Assembly: GCA_027339965.1 (NCBI GenBank)
Contig: DAHWNL010000070.1
Span: forward strand, 27,565 to 91,564
Direction of reading: 5' to 3'
DNA length: 64,000 nt
From: Granulicella sp.
GTDB lineage: Bacteria; Acidobacteriota; Terriglobia; Terriglobales; Acidobacteriaceae
A model generated the notes under the pieces. The model ran no database searches. It saw only the letters and a program-made list of their open reading frames with translations, and was not told where the DNA came from. This document shows, one piece after another, positions 20,733 to 29,682 of the stretch. The position numbers were made by a program, and so were the translations under genes. How positions within the stretch are numbered: the stretch's first letter is position 1; the number at the start of each line of letters is the position of its first letter.

Positions 20733-21410
20733 ATGGCCGGAATTCTCTTTATCATCTCCGCTCCCAGCGGATCGGGTAAATCGACGCTGGTCAATGAGGT
20801 TCGCCGCCTGGTGGCCGGTCTGGAGTTTTCTGTTTCCTATACGACGCGCAGACCGCGCGGATCAGAGGAAGACGGGCGCGAGTATCACTTCATCACTCGC
20901 GAACGCTTCGAACGGATGATCGCCGCCGATGAGTTTCTGGAGTGGGCGGAGGTCTTCGGGAACTATTACGGGACCGCTCTCTCGGCGCTGGATACGGCTC
21001 GGGAACATGGGGCGGATCTGCTGCTGGACATCGATGTGCAAGGCGCGCTGCAGGTGATGGAGAAGATGCCCGAGGCAATCTCGATCTTCATTCTGCCTCC
21101 CAGCCCGGAGATCCTGGAGCGGAGGCTGCGCAATCGCAGTCAGGCCGAGGGTGTGACCCATGAATCCATCATCCAGACGAGGCTCTCGGAGGCTCGTACA
21201 GAACTGCAGAAGATTGATGAGTACCGCTATGCCTTGGTGAACGATCTTCTGGATCAGGCTGCGGCAGAGATGCGAGCCATCATCCTGGTGGCGCGAGGAG
21301 AGGCGAGTCCTGCCGAGGGCAATCTGGCTGCGCAATGCGTCACCGGCGCCAGGGCCCCAAGGCTGGAGGCAGCGCTGGCCAGTTTTGGGCTAACCCCCGC
21401 CAGCCTCTGA
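20733..21410 (+). CDS. gmk: Guanylate kinase
   Basis: SAPSGSGKST, SVSYTTRRPR, EYHF, FLEWAEVFGNYYGT, LDIDVQGA. Confidence 0.96.
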   Translation: MAGILFIISAPSGSGKSTLVNEVRRLVAGLEFSVSYTTRRPRGSEEDGREYHFITRERFERMIAADEFLEWAEVFGNYYGTALSALDTAREHGADLLLDIDVQGALQVMEKMPEAISIFILPPSPEILERRLRNRSQAEGVTHESIIQTRLSEARTELQKIDEYRYALVNDLLDQAAAEMRAIILVARGEASPAEGNLAAQCVTGARAPRLEAALASFGLTPASL

Positions 21411-21571
21411 ACCCAGGTGGATGAATCGGTGTAGAGATCCAAGACGCGCCCAGCGAACTTAATAGAAACTGCCGAGATTTCCACTGGAGACGAATCCGAG
21501 CAGAGACGATATTCGGGTTAAAGACGGTGCCATTCGGCGCTAAGATGAATCATCTCTCAGGAGGGTCATTA

Positions 21572-21778
21572 ATGTCATTCATGGAACCGCTCCAAAACAA
21601 GTACAGTCTTGTGAAGGGCGCCGCGAGGCGCGCACGCCAGTTGCAATCCGGCGCTCCCTCTCTGGGAGTCTCCAACTCCACCAAGGCGTGCCGCGTCGCT
21701 CAGGATGAGATCCGCGTAGGGAAGGTTACCTACACTGTTTCTTCCGCGCCGCGGCCGACGGTGGACGTTCCCAGATGA
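21572..21778 (+). CDS. rpoZ: RNA polymerase omega subunit
   Basis: NKYSLVKGAARRARQL motif; gmk-rpoZ synteny; GGAGG RBS. Confidence 0.85.
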   Translation: MSFMEPLQNKYSLVKGAARRARQLQSGAPSLGVSNSTKACRVAQDEIRVGKVTYTVSSAPRPTVDVPR

Positions 21779-22800
21779 GTGGTACTGAACCGATCTCCCA
21801 GCCGAGTTCCGTGGCTGTCCGCCAACAGTTGCACGCCTATCTGGACTTTCTGCGGGATATGGGGATCTACGATCTCTATCGCCGCAGGGATCCGACGATC
21901 ACAATTCCAGAATGGTTGCATTCGCGGCTGGTGAGGACTGCGCCGTCGCCGGAGGGGAAAGCAGATACGCCCGGAGGCTCCGGGCAGGCTGCGGCCATTA
22001 CACAGCGCCAAGTCTCAAACTCTCCAGCGACGGCTCTTGCCGGCGTTCAGGGTTTATCCAGCAGCCGGCAGACGCCGACGCAGGCTGTTGGCTCAGCGGG
22101 TGAGAGCCTTGGCATTGCGGCGGACGGCTCCTTTTCCAGGATCGAAGGCTCATCATTCATGGCAAAACCACCCTCGCTTGATGTTCTTGCGCCTATTCCT
22201 GTGCGTATCGTTCCTGCCGCGGAACGCCCAGCGGCTCTGCAGGCGGTGCGGGAGGCCATGGGTGAGTGTACGCGCTGCCCGCTGGCCTATGCGGGCCGAC
22301 ACACGATCGTGTTTGCAGACGGAGATCCGAACGCGCGGCTGATGTTTGTGGGCGAGGGTCCGGGAGCTGACGAAGATGCGTCCGGGGTGCCCTTTGTGGG
22401 CAAGGCCGGCCAGTTGTTGAACAACATGATTGCAGCGATGGGCCTGAAGCGCGAAGAGGTGTACATCGCGAATATCGTGAAGTGCCGTCCGCCGGGAAAC
22501 CGGACGCCGGAGTTCCTGGAGGCCACCACCTGCTCCCAGTTCCTGCTCCAGCAGATCGATATTGTGCATCCGGAGGTGATCGTCGCCCTGGGGTTGACGG
22601 CGGCGACCTATCTGCTGGGCGTCAAGCAGTCGCTGGCTTCGATGCGCGGCCGCTGGCAGAGCGTGCGCGGAGCCAAGGTAATGGTGACCTACCATCCTGC
22701 CTATTTGTTGCGCGATCCGCGTCAGAAGGCGGAGGCGTGGAAGGATCTGAAGATGGTGATGACGGAGATAGGGCTGACGCCTCCGCAGAGGCCCTCGTAA
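21775..22800 (+). CDS. Family-4 uracil-DNA glycosylase with long N-terminal extension
   Basis: CTRCPL Fe-S cysteines, FVGEGPG, PFVGKAGQLL, NIVKCRPPGNR, TYHPAYLLR. Confidence 0.92.
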   Translation: MSGTEPISQPSSVAVRQQLHAYLDFLRDMGIYDLYRRRDPTITIPEWLHSRLVRTAPSPEGKADTPGGSGQAAAITQRQVSNSPATALAGVQGLSSSRQTPTQAVGSAGESLGIAADGSFSRIEGSSFMAKPPSLDVLAPIPVRIVPAAERPAALQAVREAMGECTRCPLAYAGRHTIVFADGDPNARLMFVGEGPGADEDASGVPFVGKAGQLLNNMIAAMGLKREEVYIANIVKCRPPGNRTPEFLEATTCSQFLLQQIDIVHPEVIVALGLTAATYLLGVKQSLASMRGRWQSVRGAKVMVTYHPAYLLRDPRQKAEAWKDLKMVMTEIGLTPPQRPS

Positions 22801-22900
22801 GCGTGCCGATCGCCTGGGGTTGGGGGCTTGGGCAGAGGATCTGGAATCGTTTGGTGGCAGCGGCCTCCCCCTGCTAAACTGAGTCTGCTTTCAATGGTGT

Positions 22901-22976
22901 GGGGCTGTAGCTCAGCTGGGAGAGCGCCTCGTTCGCAACGAGGAGGTCAGCGGTTCGATCCCGCTCAGCTCCACCA
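22901..22976 (+). tRNA. tRNA-Ala(CGC)
   Basis: GGGGCTG/CAGCTCC acceptor with G3:U70; anticodon arm CCTCG-TT-CGC-AA-CGAGG; GTTCGA T-loop; encoded CCA. Confidence 0.97.
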
Positions 22977-23058
22977 AAAGACTGCTCCGAAGGACGTTGC
23001 AGAGCGTGCGCGCGTTCGAGCGCAGCCTCTGGGGGTCGATCTCCCTATCCCGCTGGAT

Positions 23059-23378
23059 TCAGCTGATGACCGTTGAATCCAGGGAATGCCTTGCCGTGAC
23101 GATGCGGAGGCCGCAATGCTCCCGGAGTGAAAGCAAGTCTCTATCGCCCGTGACGATCCGTTGCGCTCGGCCTTCAGCGCGCATTCCACAATGCAGTCGT
23201 CCTTTGAATCGCGACAAGCCTCTTCCATCTCTCCGGTGACTTTGCCTCGGACGGCCTCTTTCCATAAGGTTCCAAGCCGCCTCTGCATCATCTGAGGGTT
23301 GCGGCCGAATTTATCATGCAAGATGCGGAGAACTTCGTCCTCGATCTCAAGACGGATGGCGAGATCACCTCGAAGCAT
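23059..23378 (-). pseudogene. PIN-domain (putative TA toxin) pseudogene, N-terminally truncated and frameshifted
   Basis: CRDSKDDCIVECALKA in one frame continues as AQRIVTGDRDLLSL in another (1-nt loss near 23168); no N-terminal D-T-N motif found. Confidence 0.75.
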
Positions 23379-23525
23379 CTGATCGGCAAGCGTTGCGAGC
23401 TTCCCGCCACAGCCGGCTGCTGGCAGCAGCGGCGCGCCGTCAGACGGAAGCTGACCGGAGGCGGCGCACTGGGTTTGCAGCTCTTCCGGGTTGGATCTCG
23501 CGCTCGCTTTTCGGCTCGCATCCTC

Positions 23526-23607
23526 GGTCGGTCGTGGTTTGGTCGGTCTTGGTTCGGTCGGTCTTGGTTTGGTCGGTCTTGGTTTGGTCTTGGTTCGGTC
23601 CGTCTTA
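23526..23607. repeat. 15-bp tandem repeat, 4 near-perfect units plus degenerate tail
   Basis: GGTCGGTC(T/G)TGGTT(T/C) repeated with no spacers. Confidence 0.9.
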
Positions 23608-23812
23608 GTTTTGGGAGGGATCTCAAATGGCCGGCGACGTTTGGATGGGGTGTTTTCCGCGCAGGGAGATCGTGATATTCTTTTCGAGGTGTGGTGAGTA
23701 CCCCCGCATCTCCCTTGGCGATCTACATGCAGTCTGCTTGTAGGGCGCGCTTTGCCCGCCAGTCATCCTCCGCAGATCTCGGGGAGGATCTCCCAGGCGA
23801 AGTCTAAGGTCT

Positions 23813-23888
23813 GGACGCGTAGCTCAGCTGGTAGAGCATTCGACTCTTAATCGACTGGTCGTAGGTTCGATCCCTACCGCGTCCACCA
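23813..23888 (+). tRNA. tRNA-Lys(CTT)
   Basis: GGACGCG/CGCGTCC acceptor; anticodon loop CT-CTT-AA; GTTCGA T-loop; CCA. Confidence 0.96.
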
Positions 23889-24077
23889 TTTTTCAGCAAC
23901 CTATTGGACGGAAACAAGGACAGGCTGCGGTTCTTTCGCTGGCTGCAACGTCTTTGCCGCCAACGATCCCAGTTCAGGTAGCCACCCGGCGATGGATCGA
24001 CGATCGCCTGGATCGGGGCCCTGCTGCGGCCCGAGGCATGCGGACGTGCAGGTGACATCTTCTCCAATTGCTGCTAC

Positions 24078-24118
24078 TATATAAGAAATATAGAATATTC
24101 TGATGTATATTTTACTGT
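24078..24118 (+). promoter_or_regulatory. AT-rich promoter/operator of the arsR-ehr operon
   Basis: AT-rich tract in a GC-rich background containing the palindrome AGAATATTCT (24092-24101) and TATATT 7 nt before the ATG. Confidence 0.55.
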
Positions 24119-24505
24119 ATGCAGAATGCTCTTCGCCGTTTCAAGGCTGACATCTTCCAGGCGCTGGCACATCCCACGCGGATCGCCATCATCGAGCTGC
24201 TATCTGGCGGAGAACTCTCCGCCGGTGAGCTGATTGAGAGGTTGGGGATGGAGCAGGCGAACGTCTCCCAGCATCTGGCCGTTCTGCGCGCCAAGCACCT
24301 GGTGGCCAATCGCAAGGCAGGAAACCAGGTCTTCTATGTGGTCCGGGATCCGGTCATCTTTGAGGTGCTGGCGCTGATGCGCCTTTACTTCCAGAAGAAC
24401 ATTCAGGAGGCCATGGAGATGCTCGATGAGATGGATAAGACGGTGCGCCTTGCAGGGCCTGGCGAAGATTCAGGGTCCTCGGTGATCCAGGGAGGCGAGA
24501 TCTGA
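24119..24505 (+). CDS. ArsR/SmtB family transcriptional regulator (Rv0081-like)
   Basis: FKADIFQALAHPTRIAIIELL, ANVSQHLAVLR, RKAGNQVFY; no cysteines. Confidence 0.92.
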   Translation: MQNALRRFKADIFQALAHPTRIAIIELLSGGELSAGELIERLGMEQANVSQHLAVLRAKHLVANRKAGNQVFYVVRDPVIFEVLALMRLYFQKNIQEAMEMLDEMDKTVRLAGPGEDSGSSVIQGGEI

Positions 24506-26580
24506 CCTTATCCATCCTTCACGCCATCCTTGCCTTCAGCCCTTTCAGAGCAGCTGGTCCGGACGGTGCTCTGCACCGTCTGCTGTGGCTGATTGCCGCC
24601 TGGTTGCTGATTGGAGTCGCCTGCATGTTGCGCCCCCGCAGTCTGCGCTATGTGGCTCATTGGTTATTTCCGTTGGGAGCGTTGGTTGCGCTGGGCATCG
24701 CACTGATTGCGGGCCGATTTCTGGCCGCGGCGCCGATGGCGCCTCACGCCGCCGGCATGGCGGCGCAGACGCAGATTCTTCCTCTGGGTTTGCCCGATCT
24801 GCCCTTCCATCTGCGCCTGGATGCGCTCTCTGGATTCTTTCTGTTACTGCTGGGTCTGGCCGGCGCTGGCATCTCCACGTTTGCGGCGGGCTACTTTCGA
24901 TCCGGCACGGGTTCGGCGCCGGGCCTGCTTGGTCTGCAGTATCACCTCTTCCTTGTCGGCATGGCCCTGGTGATTCTGGCGGATGACGCCTATCTCTTCA
25001 TGGTGGCCTGGGAGACGATGGCGCTCAGCTCCTATTTTCTGGTCACCAGCCAGCACCGCATTCCAGAGATCCGCCGCGCCGGCTTTCTCTATCTGGTGAT
25101 GGCTCATGTGGGGGCGATCTCCATTCTGCTTTGCTTCGGCGTGATGCAAGGGGGGAGTTGGCAGTTCAGCTTCCAGGCCATGCGCAGCGCCAGACTTACC
25201 CCGTTCTGGGCCAGTGCGGCCTTTCTGCTAGCGCTGTTGGGGTTTGGCGCCAAGGCTGGACTGGTTCCGATGCACGTTTGGCTGCCGGAGGCGCATCCTG
25301 CGGCGCCCTCGCCGGTGTCGGCCATGATGAGCGGTCTGATGTTGAAGACGGCGATCTACGGAGTGTTGCGGGTGAGCTTCGATCTACTGCAAGTTCGCTT
25401 GTGGCAGTGGGGAGCCTTGACCCTGGCGCTGGGGCTTTTTTCGGCCATCTTTGGGGCGATCTTTGCCGCGGTGCAGACGGATATGAAGCGGCTGCTGGCT
25501 TACTCCTCGATTGAGAACGTCGGACTGATCTTTACTGGCATCGGTCTGGCCATTCTCTTTGATGCCTCCGGAATGCCTCTGTTCGCTGCGCTCGCGCTTA
25601 CAGCCGCTCTGGTTCATGCTCTGAACCACGCGTTCTTCAAGAGCCTGCTGTTTCTGGCTACCGGCTCGGTGCTGCATTCCACTCAGCAGAGGCTGCTGGG
25701 CAAGCTGGGGGGCCTGATCCGCTCCATGCCCTGGGTGGCGATTCTCACCCTGGTGGGAACGTTGGCCATCGCCGGCCTGCCGCCGCTGAACGGATTTGTT
25801 TCCGAGTGGCTGCTGCTGCAGTCCTTCCTGTTCACGCCGCAGATCCCGCACGCATTTCTCAATATGCTGATTCCCACAGGCGCTGCGGCGCTGGCGCTGA
25901 TCCTGGCGCTGGCGGCCTATGTGATGGTGAAGTTCTATGGCGTGATCTTTCTGGGCCAGCCGCGTGAACCCTCCCTGACCCAGGCGCATGACGCCAACTG
26001 GATGGAGCGGCTGGGACTGGGCTGGCTGGCCCTGGGTTGCATCCTGATTGGAGTTTTGCCCCGGCTGGCGTTGCGGGCTTCGAACGCGGTCACCGGCAGC
26101 CTGCTGGGAGCCAGGGTTCACGATGGCTCTTTTCCCTGGACCATTGCCCCGGTCGCCGCGGAGCAGGCCTCTTACAGCGGATTGATCTTCTTCGTTGTCA
26201 TCGTTGCCGTGGTGGGCGTCACCTTCCTTCTGGTGCGGCTGCTGGCCCATGGACGCGTTCGCCGCACCCCGGCCTGGGACTGCGGATATCCGTGGCAGAC
26301 CTCGCGCATGCAGGATACGGCGGAGGGGTTTGGGCAGCCGATACGGCATATGTTTGGGGCCTTCTTCCATATGGAGCGCGAATTGCCGTCTCCCTCCGAT
26401 CCTGCTCCGCAGTACCGCATTCACGTCGAGGACAGGCTTTGGCGCGCGATCTATCAGCCCATTGCCCGCACGGTGCAATGGCTGGCAGACAAGATCGGCG
26501 TTTTGCAGGGCGGCAGGCTCGCCATCTATCTGCTGTACAGCTTTTTGACCCTTCTGGTGCTGCTGGTGTTTGTGCTATGA
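24502..26580 (+). CDS. hyfB: HyfB-like antiporter-type membrane subunit (Ehr / hydrogenase-4-like complex)
   Basis: VAWETMALSS, GAKAGLVPMHVWLPEAHPAAP, KRLLAYSSIEN, NHAFFKSLLFL, PPLNGFVSEW, WDCGY. Start uncertain: CTG 24502 (with RBS) or TTG 24604. Confidence 0.9.
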   Translation: MTLSILHAILAFSPFRAAGPDGALHRLLWLIAAWLLIGVACMLRPRSLRYVAHWLFPLGALVALGIALIAGRFLAAAPMAPHAAGMAAQTQILPLGLPDLPFHLRLDALSGFFLLLLGLAGAGISTFAAGYFRSGTGSAPGLLGLQYHLFLVGMALVILADDAYLFMVAWETMALSSYFLVTSQHRIPEIRRAGFLYLVMAHVGAISILLCFGVMQGGSWQFSFQAMRSARLTPFWASAAFLLALLGFGAKAGLVPMHVWLPEAHPAAPSPVSAMMSGLMLKTAIYGVLRVSFDLLQVRLWQWGALTLALGLFSAIFGAIFAAVQTDMKRLLAYSSIENVGLIFTGIGLAILFDASGMPLFAALALTAALVHALNHAFFKSLLFLATGSVLHSTQQRLLGKLGGLIRSMPWVAILTLVGTLAIAGLPPLNGFVSEWLLLQSFLFTPQIPHAFLNMLIPTGAAALALILALAAYVMVKFYGVIFLGQPREPSLTQAHDANWMERLGLGWLALGCILIGVLPRLALRASNAVTGSLLGARVHDGSFPWTIAPVAAEQASYSGLIFFVVIVAVVGVTFLLVRLLAHGRVRRTPAWDCGYPWQTSRMQDTAEGFGQPIRHMFGAFFHMERELPSPSDPAPQYRIHVEDRLWRAIYQPIARTVQWLADKIGVLQGGRLAIYLLYSFLTLLVLLVFVL

Positions 26581-27554
26581 GGATGATCTCCTTTATCTGG
26601 CAGTTCGGAGAGGTTGCGCTGGCGGTGGCTATTGCCCCCTTGTTCACTGGGTGGATTGCGCAGTGCCGAGCCTGGATGCAGAATCGGTCGGCGCCGCCAC
26701 TAACGCTCCCCTACCAGGTGCTGGGCAAGCTGTTTCGCAAGGATGCGGCCTTGGCCACCGACGCCTCGGGGCTATTTCGCACCACCCCCTACATCCTGTT
26801 TGGGACCATGGTGCTGGCCGCGGCGATCATTCCTTCACTGGCTACCGATCTGCCCTTCGCCCGGGCGGCCGATGCGATCGCCCTGGTCGGGCTCTTTGCT
26901 ACCTCGCGGGTCTTCCTTTCATTAGCGGCGATGGATGTTGGCACGGCTTTTGGAAGCATGGGCGCACGGCGCGAGATGATGATCGGATTCCTGGCCGAAC
27001 CCGCGCTGCTGATGGTTCTCTTCAACGCGTTTTTGCTCTATCGGACAACGGCCTTACCGAGTCTGGTAGACGAGTACGCAACTCACCACCAGGGGATGGA
27101 CCCCAGCGTGATCTTTGCCGCGGTGGCTTTTCTGATGGTGCTGCTGGCCGAGAACGGACGCATTCCCATCGACAACCCGGCGACCCATCTGGAACTGACG
27201 ATGATCCACGAAGCCATGCTGCTGGAGTACTCGGCGCGGCATCTGGCGCTGGTGGAGTGGGCCTCCAGTCTCAAGCTCTTGAACTACGCCTGCATCGGAT
27301 TCGCACTGTTTGTGCCCTGGGGCATTGCAACCCACGGAGCTACGCCGGGATTGGGTGGAGCGGCCATGCTGCTGATCGCCATTCTCGCGCTGGGGGTCAA
27401 GTTGGTTATCAGCGGAGCTGTGTTGGCACTCATCGAATCACTTTCGGCCAAACTGCGCCTCTTCCGCGCGCCGGAGTATATGGCCACCGCTTTTCTGGTG
27501 GCCGTGCTGGGGCTGCTGGTCCATCTTCTTTTGGGGGCCAATGTCCATGGTTAG
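26577..27554 (+). CDS. hyfC: HyfC/HycD (NuoH-like) membrane subunit
   Basis: FGSMGARREM, AENGRIPIDNP, THLELTMIHEAMLLEYS; ATGA overlap at 26577. Confidence 0.9.
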   Translation: MRMISFIWQFGEVALAVAIAPLFTGWIAQCRAWMQNRSAPPLTLPYQVLGKLFRKDAALATDASGLFRTTPYILFGTMVLAAAIIPSLATDLPFARAADAIALVGLFATSRVFLSLAAMDVGTAFGSMGARREMMIGFLAEPALLMVLFNAFLLYRTTALPSLVDEYATHHQGMDPSVIFAAVAFLMVLLAENGRIPIDNPATHLELTMIHEAMLLEYSARHLALVEWASSLKLLNYACIGFALFVPWGIATHGATPGLGGAAMLLIAILALGVKLVISGAVLALIESLSAKLRLFRAPEYMATAFLVAVLGLLVHLLLGANVHG

Positions 27555-28212
27555 ATCGCACCTGATCGCTGAGCTTTTGAATCTGCTGGCGGCCGGCCTG
27601 CTGCTGCTCTCGTTTTCCATGCTCTCCCGCCGCCGGACCCAACGTCTGATCAATCTCTATGCCTGGCAGGGCTCTATTCTCTTCCTCTCTACGTGCCTGG
27701 TGGCCTATGATGCCGGTCTCAAGGAGCTTTGGTACTCGGCTATGCTCACGCTGCTACTCAAGGTGATTCTTCTGCCGGTGATTCTGCATCGACTGATCCA
27801 GCGGCTGCGAGCGCAGTGGGACACGGAGCCGGTGGTCAATATTCCTGTCACCATGCTGGCCGGGCTGGGGTTGGTCATCTTCGCCTTTGGGCTGGCGGAG
27901 CCGATCAGCCATCTGGCCACCACCATTACACGCAATACTCTCGGCATTGCGCTGGCGGTAATTTTGCTCTCGTTTCTGATGATGATCACGCGCCGCAAGG
28001 CCATCACGCAGGTCATCGGATTCCTGGCCATGGAGAATGGCCTGTTCTTTGCGGCGACCAGCGCAACGTACGGCATGCCTATGGTGATTGAACTGGGGAT
28101 CGCGCTGGATGTGCTGGTTGGCGTCTTCATTCTCGGTATCTTCTTCTTCCAGATTCGGGAGCAATTTGACAGCCTGGACCTACACCACCTGGAGTCGCTG
28201 AAGGACGAATAA
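27541..28212 (+). CDS. hyfE: HyfE membrane subunit
   Basis: QVIGFLAMENGLFF, GMPMVIELGIALDV; operon position. Confidence 0.88.
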   Translation: MSMVRSHLIAELLNLLAAGLLLLSFSMLSRRRTQRLINLYAWQGSILFLSTCLVAYDAGLKELWYSAMLTLLLKVILLPVILHRLIQRLRAQWDTEPVVNIPVTMLAGLGLVIFAFGLAEPISHLATTITRNTLGIALAVILLSFLMMITRRKAITQVIGFLAMENGLFFAATSATYGMPMVIELGIALDVLVGVFILGIFFFQIREQFDSLDLHHLESLKDE

Positions 28213-28227
28213 GTTGGGAGACCTCCA

Positions 28228-29682
28228 TTGGAACTTTTGCTGATTCTCGGATTGCCGTTGCTGGGAACGCTCCTTCTGGCGCTGGTCGGAGCTCGGCGCT
28301 ATGCGGCAGAGCTGAACGTCGTCATCAGCCTGGCCACCCTGCTTGCGGCCGGTTTTCTGGTACTGCGCGTGATCCGTTTCGGCCCTCTGCTGGTTTGGCA
28401 TGAGCAGTTTCTGGTGGACCCCTTCAACGTGTTTCTGGTCGCGCTCACTGCCTTTGTGGGTTTCACCACGGCAATCTTCTCGCGGCCCTACATGCGCATT
28501 GAGCAACATCACGGACGCCTGAATCCCCTCCGCCTGCGCCTTTATCACAGCATGTACCAGCTCTTCATGGCGGCCATGCTGCTGGCCCTGCTCACCAACA
28601 ACATGGGCCTGCTCTGGGTCGCGATGGAGGCGGCTACGCTCTCCACGGTGCTGCTGGTCTCGCTCTACCGCACCAAGGCCAGCCTGGAGGCGGCCTGGAA
28701 GTACTTCATCCTCTGCGGCGTAGGGATTGCGCAGGCTCTGTTCGGCACCATCCTGCTCTACTTTGCCGCCGAGCAGACGCTGGGCCGCGAGGGCATGACT
28801 GCCCTGCTGTGGACCCATTTGAATGCAGTCAAAGGGCACCTGGAGCCCCGGGTGCTGGCGCTTGCCATGGTCTTTTTGCTGGTAGGCTACGGCACCAAGG
28901 TCGGCCTGGTTCCGTTGCATAGCTGGCTGCCGGATGCTCACGCCGAGGGACCGACGCCTGTCTCGGCGGTTCTCTCCGGCCTTCTGTTGAACGTAGCTCT
29001 GTACGCCGTGGTTCGCTGCAAGGTGCTGGTGGAGGGTGCGATCGGCCCCACCCTTCCGGGGCGCATGCTGATGGGTTTTGGGCTGGTCACCGCGCTGCTG
29101 GCTGCATTCTTTCTATGGAGGCAGCGCGATATCAAGCGCCTCTTCGCCTACTCTTCCATCGAGCACATGGGCATTATCACCTTCGCCTTTGGAATCGGCG
29201 GCCCTATTGCGAACTTCGCGGCCCTGCTGCATATGACGGTACACTCGCTGACCAAGAGCTCGATCTTCTTTACCGCAGGACACGCCACGCAGACCGCCGG
29301 TACGCAGCGGATGGAAGAGATCCGCGGGATGGTGAACATCAGTCCGACCATCGGGTGGGGCCTGATGCTGGGATCGATTGCCATTCTCGGAGTGCCTCCC
29401 TTTGGCGTGTTTGCCAGCGAGTTTTTGATTCTTACTACCGCCATGCGCGAATATCCCTGGACCACGCCGCTTCTGCTCATCGCCCTGGCCATGGCGTTTG
29501 CAGCCATCTTCAGCAAGGTGCAACCGATGGTCTTTGGAGAGAGTGACTCGCCGCCGCTGCCGCACTCCCCGGCCCTGACCCCGGTGTTTGTTCATCTGGG
29601 CATGGTGCTGATGCTGGGGCTGTTCATGCCTCATGCGCTGGCATCCTGGTATCGGTCCGCAGCGCGGCTGATCGGAGGTTGA
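28228..29682 (+). CDS. hyfF: HyfF antiporter-type membrane subunit
   Basis: WVAMEAATL, EAAWKYFILC, GYGTKVGLVPLHSWLPDAHAEGP, KRLFAYSSIEHMG, PPFGVFASE. Confidence 0.9.
   Translation: MELLLILGLPLLGTLLLALVGARRYAAELNVVISLATLLAAGFLVLRVIRFGPLLVWHEQFLVDPFNVFLVALTAFVGFTTAIFSRPYMRIEQHHGRLNPLRLRLYHSMYQLFMAAMLLALLTNNMGLLWVAMEAATLSTVLLVSLYRTKASLEAAWKYFILCGVGIAQALFGTILLYFAAEQTLGREGMTALLWTHLNAVKGHLEPRVLALAMVFLLVGYGTKVGLVPLHSWLPDAHAEGPTPVSAVLSGLLLNVALYAVVRCKVLVEGAIGPTLPGRMLMGFGLVTALLAAFFLWRQRDIKRLFAYSSIEHMGIITFAFGIGGPIANFAALLHMTVHSLTKSSIFFTAGHATQTAGTQRMEEIRGMVNISPTIGWGLMLGSIAILGVPPFGVFASEFLILTTAMREYPWTTPLLLIALAMAFAAIFSKVQPMVFGESDSPPLPHSPALTPVFVHLGMVLMLGLFMPHALASWYRSAARLIGG

Noticed and set aside
23526..23607. 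Possible CRISPR array
   Set aside because: Contiguous 15-bp units with no unique spacers and no cas genes; it is a simple tandem repeat.
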